Source: a virus (taxonomy: Duplodnaviria > Caudoviricetes). From it: DNA of 33,859 nt. The position numbers and the translations under genes are program-made. The stretch covers positions 1 through 33,859 of IMG/VR virus record IMGVR_UViG_3300048796_000014. One strand, written 5' to 3'. The notes under the pieces are model-generated. The model saw only the letters and a list, made by a program, of their open reading frames with translations. It did not search any database and was not told the DNA's origin. Position 1 is the first letter of the stretch, and each line of letters begins with the position of its first letter. Positions 1-8,198 of the stretch are shown one piece after another.

Positions 1-1
1 G

Positions 2-277
2 TATGTGGAGCGCAAGGCTGGCAGCACGGATGAGTATGAGCGTGTGAAACGTACCAAGTTCAAGCTCTACCCGAAGGAAGCAGCTCTGGACAAGATGGCC
101 AAGCATCTGGGCATCAAGGGATTTAGTAATCCACTGACAGCCAAGGTTGGTGTGAAGATGCAGAGCAACCCTGATGGCACTTTTGAAGCTGCTGTGTTGT
201 TGCAGCTCAGTGATGAAGAGCTTGAGCGCATTGCTGCTGGGATTGATGATGACATTGAAGAAGAGCGGACGGAATAG
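2..277 (+). CDS. terS: Terminase small subunit, C-terminal part (5'-truncated)
   Basis: Frame is open from the window start. KFKLYPKEAALDKMAKHLG resembles the typical TerS C-terminal K.KL.DK..AL..L.KHLG motif. Stops 2 nt before TerL. Confidence 0.75.
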   Translation, partial: YVERKAGSTDEYERVKRTKFKLYPKEAALDKMAKHLGIKGFSNPLTAKVGVKMQSNPDGTFEAAVLLQLSDEELERIAAGIDDDIEEERTE

Positions 278-279
278 AG

Positions 280-2010
280 ATGACCATTCCCATTCAGACC
301 CGTGCAGCCGCTGCCAAGGAAGTTGCTGCCAGACGCAAAGCCCGTGGCAGTCTGCTTGAGTGCATCAAGTACACAGCTCCATGGTTCAAAGTGAGCTGGC
401 ATCACAAGCTGGTGTGCTCATTGTTGGACCGCGTGGATACAGCAGCCACTGACACCAGCATCAGCGTGATGGTTGGCAACACAGCTCCAATGCTCTCAGT
501 CACCATTGATGGTGTTGAGAAGTCATACCCCAATGAGAGCTACACAGAAGAGCCGGTGACCATCAAGGTGCCAAAGCGCATCAAGCGATTGATGGTGCTT
601 GCTCCACCGCGTCACAGCAAGAGTGAAATGGTCAGTGTACGAAGACCGGCTTACTCAATCGGTAAAGACCGCACACGGATGTTTATGAATATCGCGTATG
701 GCTCTGACCTTGCCGTGACCTTCAGCAAGGCTTGCACGGGCACGATGCAGAGTGAGTCATACCAGCGTCTCTTCCCAGTGAAGTTTGACCGTCTGGCCAA
801 AGAGCGGTGGAAGGTTGCACGTGAAGAGTCCGTGGATAACCAACGTGATTCTATGATTGCCAGTGGCATCATGTCTCCGCTCACAGGTGAAGGAGCCACG
901 GATGTCAACGTGGATGACCCATTCAAGAATAAGAGTGAGGCATACAGCAAGACCATTCGTGACAAGGTTGCCGATGAGTACCAGACATCCATCCGCACAC
1001 GTCTCCAGCGTGGTGCCACGGTCTGCTTGATGCTCACACGCTGGCATCAGGATGACTTGGCTGGCAGACTCATCCGGCAAGCACAGGCGAATAAGAAAGC
1101 TGACCAGTGGATTGTGCTGTGTCTCGCTGCCACCAATGATGACGGTGAGCGGTCATACCTGTGGGACACAGCAACGGGTGAGAAGACCTACTTGCCGAAG
1201 TATGACGCGCTGTGGCCCGGACTGTTTGACCGTGTGGACCTTGAGACAACCAAGGCATCCATGGCTTCTGCATTCTGGGAAGCGATGTACATGCAAGCAC
1301 CCACCACAGCTATTGGCTCCATCTTCAAAGCTGACAAGTGGAAGGAGTACCAAAGACCCATCATGCTGGAGCGGCTGGTGCATGTGTGGGATACAGCGAT
1401 GGAAGACACAGACACTGCCGATTATTCAGCACACGTGTCACTGGGCATCGCTGATGGTCGCTTCATCATTCGTGATGCCTACCGTGAGCGTCTGGCCTTC
1501 CCAGACCTTGTGAGGCAGGTGTATGCCAAGTGGGATGCGTCCGTGGCAATCGGTGAAGTGCCAGAGCGTTTGCTGATTGAGCAGAAGGGCAGCGGCATCT
1601 CACTCATCCAGACCATCGAAGCCAACAACATGGACCCATTCTTTCAAGGGTCACGTATCCCAGTGCTAGGTATGCCAGCCACGGTCAGCAAAGAGATTCG
1701 GGCTCTGAGCATCAGTGGGTACCAAGAAGCTGGAATGTGCAGCCTTCCAGCTCCAATGGTTGACGTGTATGGCAACGTAGAGCCAGCGAGCTTCGCCATG
1801 ATGGATGGCACGGTTGTGCCGTGGGTGGCTGACTTCATTGAAGAGCACACTGCCTTCCCCAAGGGTGTCCATGATGACTGGGTGGATGGCTTTGTGCATG
1901 GCTGCACGTTCTATACACGTCCAATTGGTGAGGAATACTCAGAAGTGATGATTGACGATGAGGATGTTTGCATCAATGAATTGTTAGACAGGGTAGACCA
2001 AGGTTGGTAG
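280..2010 (+). CDS. terL: Terminase large subunit
   Basis: Walker A-like RLMVLAPPRHSKSE, Walker B-like VNVDDPFK, coupling motif LTRWHQDDLAG, nuclease motifs WDTA..DYSA and FPKGVHDDWVDG. Confidence 0.96.
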   Translation: MTIPIQTRAAAAKEVAARRKARGSLLECIKYTAPWFKVSWHHKLVCSLLDRVDTAATDTSISVMVGNTAPMLSVTIDGVEKSYPNESYTEEPVTIKVPKRIKRLMVLAPPRHSKSEMVSVRRPAYSIGKDRTRMFMNIAYGSDLAVTFSKACTGTMQSESYQRLFPVKFDRLAKERWKVAREESVDNQRDSMIASGIMSPLTGEGATDVNVDDPFKNKSEAYSKTIRDKVADEYQTSIRTRLQRGATVCLMLTRWHQDDLAGRLIRQAQANKKADQWIVLCLAATNDDGERSYLWDTATGEKTYLPKYDALWPGLFDRVDLETTKASMASAFWEAMYMQAPTTAIGSIFKADKWKEYQRPIMLERLVHVWDTAMEDTDTADYSAHVSLGIADGRFIIRDAYRERLAFPDLVRQVYAKWDASVAIGEVPERLLIEQKGSGISLIQTIEANNMDPFFQGSRIPVLGMPATVSKEIRALSISGYQEAGMCSLPAPMVDVYGNVEPASFAMMDGTVVPWVADFIEEHTAFPKGVHDDWVDGFVHGCTFYTRPIGEEYSEVMIDDEDVCINELLDRVDQGW

Positions 2011-2053
2011 CAGCGTATCCTTGCAGCAGTGGCATACTTACAGAGAGGGTGAC

Positions 2054-2185
2054 ATGGAGCAACAACGTGCAAAGGTTGAGTCATACACGCTTGTGAGTGA
2101 GCGTGGTGCCAAGTGGGTTATGCATGTCACAGAGCATCCGAGTGGGGAAGTTACAGTTAGTTATGAATTGGTGTCTAGGAGATAA
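2054..2185 (+). CDS. Small hypothetical protein, 43 aa (not in the ORF track)
   Basis: ATG at 2054 after GAGGGT. Reads MEQQRAKVESYTLVSERGAKWVMHVTEHPSGEVTVSYELVSRR, TAA at 2183-2185. Fills the terL-portal gap. Confidence 0.6.
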   Translation: MEQQRAKVESYTLVSERGAKWVMHVTEHPSGEVTVSYELVSRR

Positions 2186-2191
2186 GCAACC

Positions 2192-3916
2192 ATGAAATGG
2201 AAATTCTGGGAATCTGATTCACCGAAGGGTGATGAGTTTGAGCTGACTGAAGCACAGACTGAGTACAACACTCAGCTTGTACTGGCAGCGATGCAGGAAG
2301 GCATTGACCCCGGTGACCTTGCTCTGGCCATGGAAGACCGTGGTTGGAATCGGATGAATCTGAGCAATGACGGAGAGCTGCCATGGATTACCCGAAGGCT
2401 CAACATCATCAAGGCCAGAATGTACTGGCTATTGGACCCACATGCCACCGCTGCTGTGAGGACGTGGAATAACTACACGCTTGGTAGTGGTGTAACGCTG
2501 AAGGCCAAGGATGCCGGTGACCAGAAGCTGATTGATGCTTTCATGGACAACCCGAAGAATCGCACCGTCACATCATCTGAAGGCCAGAGAAAGCACAACC
2601 GGAGACTGCTGGTGGATGGTGAGATATTCTTTGCCTTCTTTGACACGGATGACGGTGTGCAGATGCGGAAGGTGGACTGCATCGAAGTCACCGAATTCAT
2701 CACGGACCCAGAAGACAGTGAAGTTATCTGGGCATTCAAGCGTGAGCGTGTCTTGCGTGGTGTCAGAGAATTCATGTTTTACCGGAATTGGGCTTACCCA
2801 ACTCAAGACCTGTCACAGTGCCTCATCCAAGACCCCAGCGGTCAGTGGGTGCCCGGTAAGGTTGTGCCGGAAGAGAATGTGCTGCTGATGCATGTGCCAT
2901 TCGATGCCATCCACCAGCGTGGCAATTCACTCTTCAGCTCCACTCTGGTGTGGATGACTTCGATGCGTCAATTTATGGAAGACCGCATTGCCATCACCAA
3001 GGGTCTGGCCAAGTACATCATGAAGCTCACCTTCAAGGGTGGTAAGAATCAAGCCCAGAAGCTGGCATCAGCGATGTCAACGATGCAGAAGCTACCCGGT
3101 GGAGCTGGCAGTGTCAATGGCACACCACTGGCTCCCATCGTGCCGGGTGGTCTTCCGGGCTCTGTACCCGGTGGCACTGTGCGTGACACAGCCAAGACCT
3201 TCTTGCAGAATGACCAAGTATCACTGGACAACATGCCACGTCTCACTGGTGCCAGCGATGCGAAGTCTGACCACAAGCTGATGCGGCTGATGATATGCGC
3301 TGGTGTGGGAATGACGGAGCCATACTTTGGTGATGCTGAGAGTGGCAACCTTGCCAGCGCAACTGCCATGGAGCTTCCCATGCTCAAGCAGTTTGAGGCT
3401 CACCAGAAGCTGTGGCAGGACACGTGGCGTGACATCTGCACCATCGTGGTCAATTGGGATTCATCCACCGGCTGGGCAGATGACACCATGAAGCCGTTGC
3501 AGGTTGATGTGGACTTCCCACCCATCGTGACTAAGGACATCGGTGCTCTCATTGATGCAATCGTGGCAGCCGTTGCAGAATTTCCAGAGCTGAAGCAGCC
3601 AGAGATGTTGTTGCTTGTCCTCAACACTCTAGGCATTGGTAACGCTGAAGACGTGCTGAAGGCAGTGCTGGTCACGGCTGCTGAGAATCAGAAGAAGGCT
3701 GATAATGTAGCCAACGGCAAGAATCCAGATGGAAGTGATAAACCTGCACCCATTGCAGGAGCACCAGCCACACCAGTAGTTGGGCCAGCGAAGCCAGCAC
3801 AGCAGAAGACGGTGCCCGGTGGCCAGCCGGTATCAATCCAGCAAGCGGTGGAGACATTGGCAGAAGCGTTGGAAGCGGAGACATCGGTGCTGAATGGTGC
3901 AGCACAAACGGAGTGA
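2192..3916 (+). CDS. Portal protein
   Basis: Follows terL, AGGAG RBS, 574 aa. Portal-like motifs LLVDGEIFF, RGNSLF, ICAGVGMTEPYFGD..NLASATAMELPMLKQFE; Pro/Ala-rich C-terminal tail. Confidence 0.9.
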   Translation: MKWKFWESDSPKGDEFELTEAQTEYNTQLVLAAMQEGIDPGDLALAMEDRGWNRMNLSNDGELPWITRRLNIIKARMYWLLDPHATAAVRTWNNYTLGSGVTLKAKDAGDQKLIDAFMDNPKNRTVTSSEGQRKHNRRLLVDGEIFFAFFDTDDGVQMRKVDCIEVTEFITDPEDSEVIWAFKRERVLRGVREFMFYRNWAYPTQDLSQCLIQDPSGQWVPGKVVPEENVLLMHVPFDAIHQRGNSLFSSTLVWMTSMRQFMEDRIAITKGLAKYIMKLTFKGGKNQAQKLASAMSTMQKLPGGAGSVNGTPLAPIVPGGLPGSVPGGTVRDTAKTFLQNDQVSLDNMPRLTGASDAKSDHKLMRLMICAGVGMTEPYFGDAESGNLASATAMELPMLKQFEAHQKLWQDTWRDICTIVVNWDSSTGWADDTMKPLQVDVDFPPIVTKDIGALIDAIVAAVAEFPELKQPEMLLLVLNTLGIGNAEDVLKAVLVTAAENQKKADNVANGKNPDGSDKPAPIAGAPATPVVGPAKPAQQKTVPGGQPVSIQQAVETLAEALEAETSVLNGAAQTE

Positions 3917-3920
3917 GAGC

Positions 3921-4142
3921 ATGGAGCAGGAGCCCAACCAAGATGCAGCGTACTGGAAAGAGCAATACTTTCTTGCCATTGATGTGATGGCAGCAATCTA
4001 CAAGCAATATGGACCAGCACATGGAAGGTCACTGCCGCTGGAGACTCTGAGGAAAGAAGAGCCAGTGATGAGCAGGGCACAGATGGCAAGGAAGCTGCTG
4101 ATGGGAAGCGTGAAGCGGTTTGTTGAGGATGAATCATCGTGA
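3921..4142 (+). CDS. Hypothetical protein, 73 aa
   Basis: ATG 4 nt after the portal stop; its stop overlaps the start of the next gene. Confidence 0.6.
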   Translation: MEQEPNQDAAYWKEQYFLAIDVMAAIYKQYGPAHGRSLPLETLRKEEPVMSRAQMARKLLMGSVKRFVEDESS

Positions 4143-4945
4143 TGAATGACAGACTCAGAGATGCAATCAGCGCGTGGCAGGAAGCCAGCACCAGACCCGG
4201 CATCTTGTCACGCGCTGGGTGGCGTAACGTCCTCAACTTTGAGAAAGCTGTGTCTGCCTACTTCAAGCGCATGGCATCCACGGTTGACTTGAGTGATGCT
4301 GCTGACAACCACTATGGGATGGTTGAGCCCCACGTGCGAGCGGTCATGACTAAGTGCCAGCCTATGCTGCTGGATGCCTACACACGTCATGCCAAGGTTG
4401 CTTACCTGCTCAGTGGCTCCATGTCTGTCTTCAGTGAAGCTGCTGCCAGTGCATCTACACCAGCCGGTGGCAATCGTGATGAGCTGTACAAGCGGCTGGA
4501 CAAGCTGGGGCTGACCGGCAAGCAAGCTGTGGACTACATCAATGACCATGGAGCCACGCTGGTGAAGGGCATTGATGCTTACACGCTGCTCATCATGCGG
4601 TCCATCATTGCCAAGGGAATTGAAGAGCAGCTTGGTGTGGATGGCACGGTGCGTCTCATCCGTGAGGAATTCACCCACATGAGTGGGTACAGAGCACGAA
4701 GCATCGCAACCACTGAGATGAATGATGCAATGAGTGAAGCTGCTCTGGAGAAGATTAGGACAGTTGGGCTGGATGGTAAGCGGTGGATTGTGTCACCCGG
4801 TGCCTGTCCAATCTGCCAAGCCAACCGTGAGCAAGGTATCATTCCTGTGGAGCAGCCGTTTCAAAGTGGGCACATGCGTCCACCCGGTCACCCCGGCAAG
4901 TGTCGCTGTGCTGTGGCTGGTGCGAGACTTCCGGCAAAGGCTTAG
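4139..4945 (+). CDS. MuF / SPP1 gp7-like head morphogenesis protein
   Basis: RARSIATTE and KRW...CPIC...PPGHPGKCRC motifs; position after the portal. Confidence 0.9.
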   Translation: MMNDRLRDAISAWQEASTRPGILSRAGWRNVLNFEKAVSAYFKRMASTVDLSDAADNHYGMVEPHVRAVMTKCQPMLLDAYTRHAKVAYLLSGSMSVFSEAAASASTPAGGNRDELYKRLDKLGLTGKQAVDYINDHGATLVKGIDAYTLLIMRSIIAKGIEEQLGVDGTVRLIREEFTHMSGYRARSIATTEMNDAMSEAALEKIRTVGLDGKRWIVSPGACPICQANREQGIIPVEQPFQSGHMRPPGHPGKCRCAVAGARLPAKA

Positions 4946-4978
4946 ACGTTCAATATTGCACTTTAGGAGAATGACAAT

Positions 4979-6337
4979 ATGGCAGCAAAGGTGATGGTGA
5001 AGTCAGACACACACAGTGGTCTTCGTGACCGGGTGAGCAAAGCACTCACAGACAAGCATGGCAATGCCAATGACCCGTATGGTGACCCTTACGTGTCTGA
5101 CATGTTCCCAGACAAGGTGATTCACACGATGCCGGGGAAGGACAGCCGTGGCAAGCTCTTCTCATCGAAGTACAGTGCTGGCTCTGGGTCCAAGGGTGAA
5201 GTGGAGCTGGGTGACCCGAAGGAAGTTGAGCAAGCGTACAAGCCCATCAGCGAGTCCACACGCGGTCTGGTGAATGAAGCTGTGGCCTTCACTGAAGCCA
5301 AGGCATTCAACACCAAGACAGGTGAGCTGACTGTCACCGTCATTGCACCGGGCTTCAACACCAGCAAGTCACGCTTCTACACCAAGACTGCTCTGAGTGA
5401 GTCCGGTGGTGTCTTCGCTGGAGCCAAGATGTTTGCCAACCATGCAACCAAGGCTGAAGTTGCAGCCCGTCCTGAAGGACGTGTGCAGGATTGGGTTGCC
5501 AATCTTGGTACACCGTGGGTTGAGTCAGACGGACGCTTGGTGGCCAAGGCCAAGGTGCATGACGCTGCCTTCAAGACCAAGCTGCAAGGCTTGCAGGAAG
5601 CCGGGTTGCTGACTGAGATGGGTGTGAGCATCAGAGCTGCCGGTGTGCAGAGCGTGGGCACCATTGGTGGTGTGCAGACCAACATCGTGGAATCATTCGT
5701 GGCATGTAAGTCAGTTGACTTCGTGACCTTCCCCGGTGCCGGTGGTAGGGTAGAGATGATGGAGAGCGAAGGGCTGCACTTCCTGAGTGCTCCAGAGCTT
5801 GATGAAGTCATGCAGGAAGCAGATGCAGCAGACATTGACCTGATTTCATTGACGGTGTTGCGCGAGCGAAGACCGGACTTGGTGGAGCAGGTAATCACAG
5901 AAGCACAGGAGCGATTCAACATGGAGAAGACCAAAGAGCAGCTTGAAGCGGAGCTGAAGGAAGCCCAGAAGACCAACACTGAGCTGACTGCGAAGCTCAC
6001 AGAGGCAGAGAACGTGGGCAAGAAAGCCACGGTGCAAGCCACCCTCACAACCGCACTGAAGGAATCCGGTCTGCCTGAAGCCAGCCAGAAGAAGCTCACC
6101 GCTCAATTCAAGGAGAGCACGGACGCTGCCACCATCGCTCCTGCCATCGAAGCGGAGAAGGAGTACATCAAGGCTCTGGGTGTCACCAATAAGCCCGGTG
6201 TGCGTGGTCTGGGAGCCGTGCAGGAGTCCGTGGACCCGGCTGCCAAGCAGAAGCGTGACAACTACGTGGCTGCACAGGTGAAGGCTGGCATGGCCAAGGA
6301 GATGGCAGAAGCCTCTGCTGACTCGCTGGGTATCTAG
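4979..6337 (+). CDS. Prohead protease fused to a scaffold-like coiled coil
   Basis: Protease-like core with MFANH (His), MGVSIRA (Ser) and SVDFVTFPGAGG, then a Glu/Lys/Ala-rich helical C-terminus. AGGAG RBS. Confidence 0.85.
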   Translation: MAAKVMVKSDTHSGLRDRVSKALTDKHGNANDPYGDPYVSDMFPDKVIHTMPGKDSRGKLFSSKYSAGSGSKGEVELGDPKEVEQAYKPISESTRGLVNEAVAFTEAKAFNTKTGELTVTVIAPGFNTSKSRFYTKTALSESGGVFAGAKMFANHATKAEVAARPEGRVQDWVANLGTPWVESDGRLVAKAKVHDAAFKTKLQGLQEAGLLTEMGVSIRAAGVQSVGTIGGVQTNIVESFVACKSVDFVTFPGAGGRVEMMESEGLHFLSAPELDEVMQEADAADIDLISLTVLRERRPDLVEQVITEAQERFNMEKTKEQLEAELKEAQKTNTELTAKLTEAENVGKKATVQATLTTALKESGLPEASQKKLTAQFKESTDAATIAPAIEAEKEYIKALGVTNKPGVRGLGAVQESVDPAAKQKRDNYVAAQVKAGMAKEMAEASADSLGI

Positions 6338-6343
6338 TAGGGA

Positions 6344-6380
6344 AGGGAAGCAGTGCTTGCATGGGCTGCTTCCCTGTTTC
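6344..6380 (+). terminator. Stem-loop after the protease gene (weak terminator or attenuator)
   Basis: AGGGAAGCAG (6344-6353) pairs with CTGCTTCCCT (6366-6375), followed by GTTTC. Confidence 0.5.
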
Positions 6381-6384
6381 ACCG

Positions 6385-6393
6385 TGATACGAT
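6385..6393 (+). promoter_or_regulatory. Putative extended -10 promoter
   Basis: TG-A-TACGAT matches TGnTAnnnT, about 40 nt before the ATG at 6434. No clear -35. Confidence 0.4.
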
Positions 6394-6433
6394 TTTGATT
6401 GTTGAAGAATTCTGCACCATAGGAGACACAAAC

Positions 6434-6844
6434 ATGTTGAATGAAGTGTTTTACAAAGGGGATGACCTAAGCGTACCCGATACGGCTTGTGTCTCCGCCA
6501 ATACCATTGCCGCTAACCCCGTGCAGAGTGGTGATGCCGTTGTTATCGGCAGCATCGTTGGAGTAGCAGCCACGTCCGCTGGCCCAGCCGCTGGGCAGAC
6601 CGGATATGTCACCAGTGAGACACCCGGTGGACTCATCGCAATCCGCACCAAGGGTATCTTCAATCTGCCGGTCTTCGGTCATGGCAGCGGTGGCAACGGT
6701 GCTGTCACGCTGGGTGAAGGACTGTACATTGACCCTGCCACCGGCATCATCAGCACGGACACCACAAAGACCTTCTTCGGGTATGCACTGGGCACTGTCA
6801 ACTCAGGTGCCACGGCAACCATCCCTGTGAAGCTCAAGCACTAA
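6434..6844 (+). CDS. DUF2190-like capsid decoration/cement protein
   Basis: AGGAG RBS then ATG at 6434. VQSGDAVVIGSIVGVA, TKGIFNLP, GEGLY and FFGYAL...ATIPVKL patterns. Next to the capsid gene. Confidence 0.85.
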   Translation: MLNEVFYKGDDLSVPDTACVSANTIAANPVQSGDAVVIGSIVGVAATSAGPAAGQTGYVTSETPGGLIAIRTKGIFNLPVFGHGSGGNGAVTLGEGLYIDPATGIISTDTTKTFFGYALGTVNSGATATIPVKLKH

Positions 6845-6925
6845 GAAGCAGAAGTAACCCCGGTGGCTGCATCACTCTCCCAAGAGTCCGCACACGCGGA
6901 TTTTGTACCACCGGAGAATTGAAAC

Positions 6926-8107
6926 ATGGCGAAGAAATACAGCGAAATTATGAAGGAAGATGACTTCACCGGGCTGGTCCAAGTCCGTGAGAGTGCCAAG
7001 CAGAAGGGTGGCATGGTGGAGTCTCTGACCCACATCATCAATCTGATGAATGACCGGAATCTATCGCGTTACCGCTTCGGTGCAGCGATGGAAGAAGCAG
7101 CAACCACGTCTGACTTCCCCATCTTGCTGGGCTTGATTCTGGACCAGTCTCTGATTCCCCAGTACAAGATGCTCACCCCGGACTGGCGTGACTACATTGC
7201 CACCGGCTTGCAGTCTGACTTCCGGCTCTCCCAGCTTGTGAAGCTCTGGGGTCTGGAAGGTCCGTTGTCTGAGATTCCTCAGCACGGTGAGTACCCGGAA
7301 GTGACAGCGGCTGAAGGCAAAGTCCAGATTCAGCTTGCCAAGTACGGTAAGGCATTCGGGCTCACGTGGGAAGACATCCTGAATGACCGGCTGGGAGTCT
7401 TCACGGATTCAGCAGCGAAGCTGGCATCTGCTGCACGTCGCACTGAGTACCGTAAGGTCACCCAGCTCTACGCTGCTGCTGCTGGAAGTGGCAACACATC
7501 GCTCTTCGGCACTGCCTTTGCACACCCGGTGGATAAGGCACTGGTCACCAATGTGACCAATCTGCCCTTGACTGCTGCCAACCTTGCAACCGTCATCGGC
7601 AACATCAGACGGCAAGTGGATGCCGAAGGTGAGCCCATCTTCTTTGAGCGCATCCATGTTGTGGTGCCAGCTTCGCTGGAAATTCAGCTCAAGCGCATCC
7701 TCAACCCCGGCAGCCTGATGATTTCCGGTGGAGACTCCACTGCCGGTACGAAGGGTGTTGCAACCACTACCACCAACATCCTCACCCAGTACAGCATCGT
7801 GCCCCACATCAACCCGTACCTTCAGATTATCGACACGTCTGGTACGGCTGTGGGCACGTGGTATGTCTTCGTGGACAAGGCTGATGCTGCTGCTGTCCAG
7901 ATGAACTTCCTTCGTGGTCATGAGACTCCTGAAGTCTTCATGAAGGCCAGCAACTCCACCACCACGTCCGGTGGAGCGGTTGACGCCATGGAAGGCAGCT
8001 TTGAGGATGACACCCTGTGGTGGAAGGTACGCCATGTGCTGGGTGGCACCAGCGTGGACCCACGTGCTGCTTACATCAGCGTCAACAACACCGTACCCAC
8101 CAACTAG
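6926..8107 (+). CDS. Major capsid protein (HK97 fold, Mu gpT-related type)
   Basis: TTSDFPILL, SDFR, IPQHGEYPE, LAKYGKAFGLTWEDILNDRLG, VVVPASLE, FLRGHETP, KVRHVLGG..VDPRA. Paired with a DUF2190-like gene. Confidence 0.93.
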   Translation: MAKKYSEIMKEDDFTGLVQVRESAKQKGGMVESLTHIINLMNDRNLSRYRFGAAMEEAATTSDFPILLGLILDQSLIPQYKMLTPDWRDYIATGLQSDFRLSQLVKLWGLEGPLSEIPQHGEYPEVTAAEGKVQIQLAKYGKAFGLTWEDILNDRLGVFTDSAAKLASAARRTEYRKVTQLYAAAAGSGNTSLFGTAFAHPVDKALVTNVTNLPLTAANLATVIGNIRRQVDAEGEPIFFERIHVVVPASLEIQLKRILNPGSLMISGGDSTAGTKGVATTTTNILTQYSIVPHINPYLQIIDTSGTAVGTWYVFVDKADAAAVQMNFLRGHETPEVFMKASNSTTTSGGAVDAMEGSFEDDTLWWKVRHVLGGTSVDPRAAYISVNNTVPTN

Positions 8108-8130
8108 TCCGGGTTGTGCGGAAAGTGACC

Positions 8131-8168
8131 AGCCCTGCATCGCAACCACGGTGCAGGGCTTTCATCTT
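8131..8168 (+). terminator. Intrinsic terminator-like hairpin after the capsid gene
   Basis: AGCCCTGCATCG pairs with CGGTGCAGGGCT (one G-U), followed by TTCATCTT. Confidence 0.65.
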
Positions 8169-8176
8169 GGTATCAT
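8168..8176 (+). promoter_or_regulatory. Putative extended -10 promoter for the 785-aa gene
   Basis: TG-G-TATCAT, then an AAGGAG RBS and ATG at 8199. Confidence 0.5.
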
Positions 8177-8198
8177 TCAATCAAGGAGCTGACCCCAC

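Noticed and set aside
436-573. Intein or intron in terL
   Set aside because: The insert is short, in frame, has no stops and lacks intein terminal motifs.
5377-8149. Long antisense ORFs (e.g. 5377-6099, 7409-8149; also 19684-20460)
   Set aside because: Shadows of codon bias opposite well-supported structural genes.
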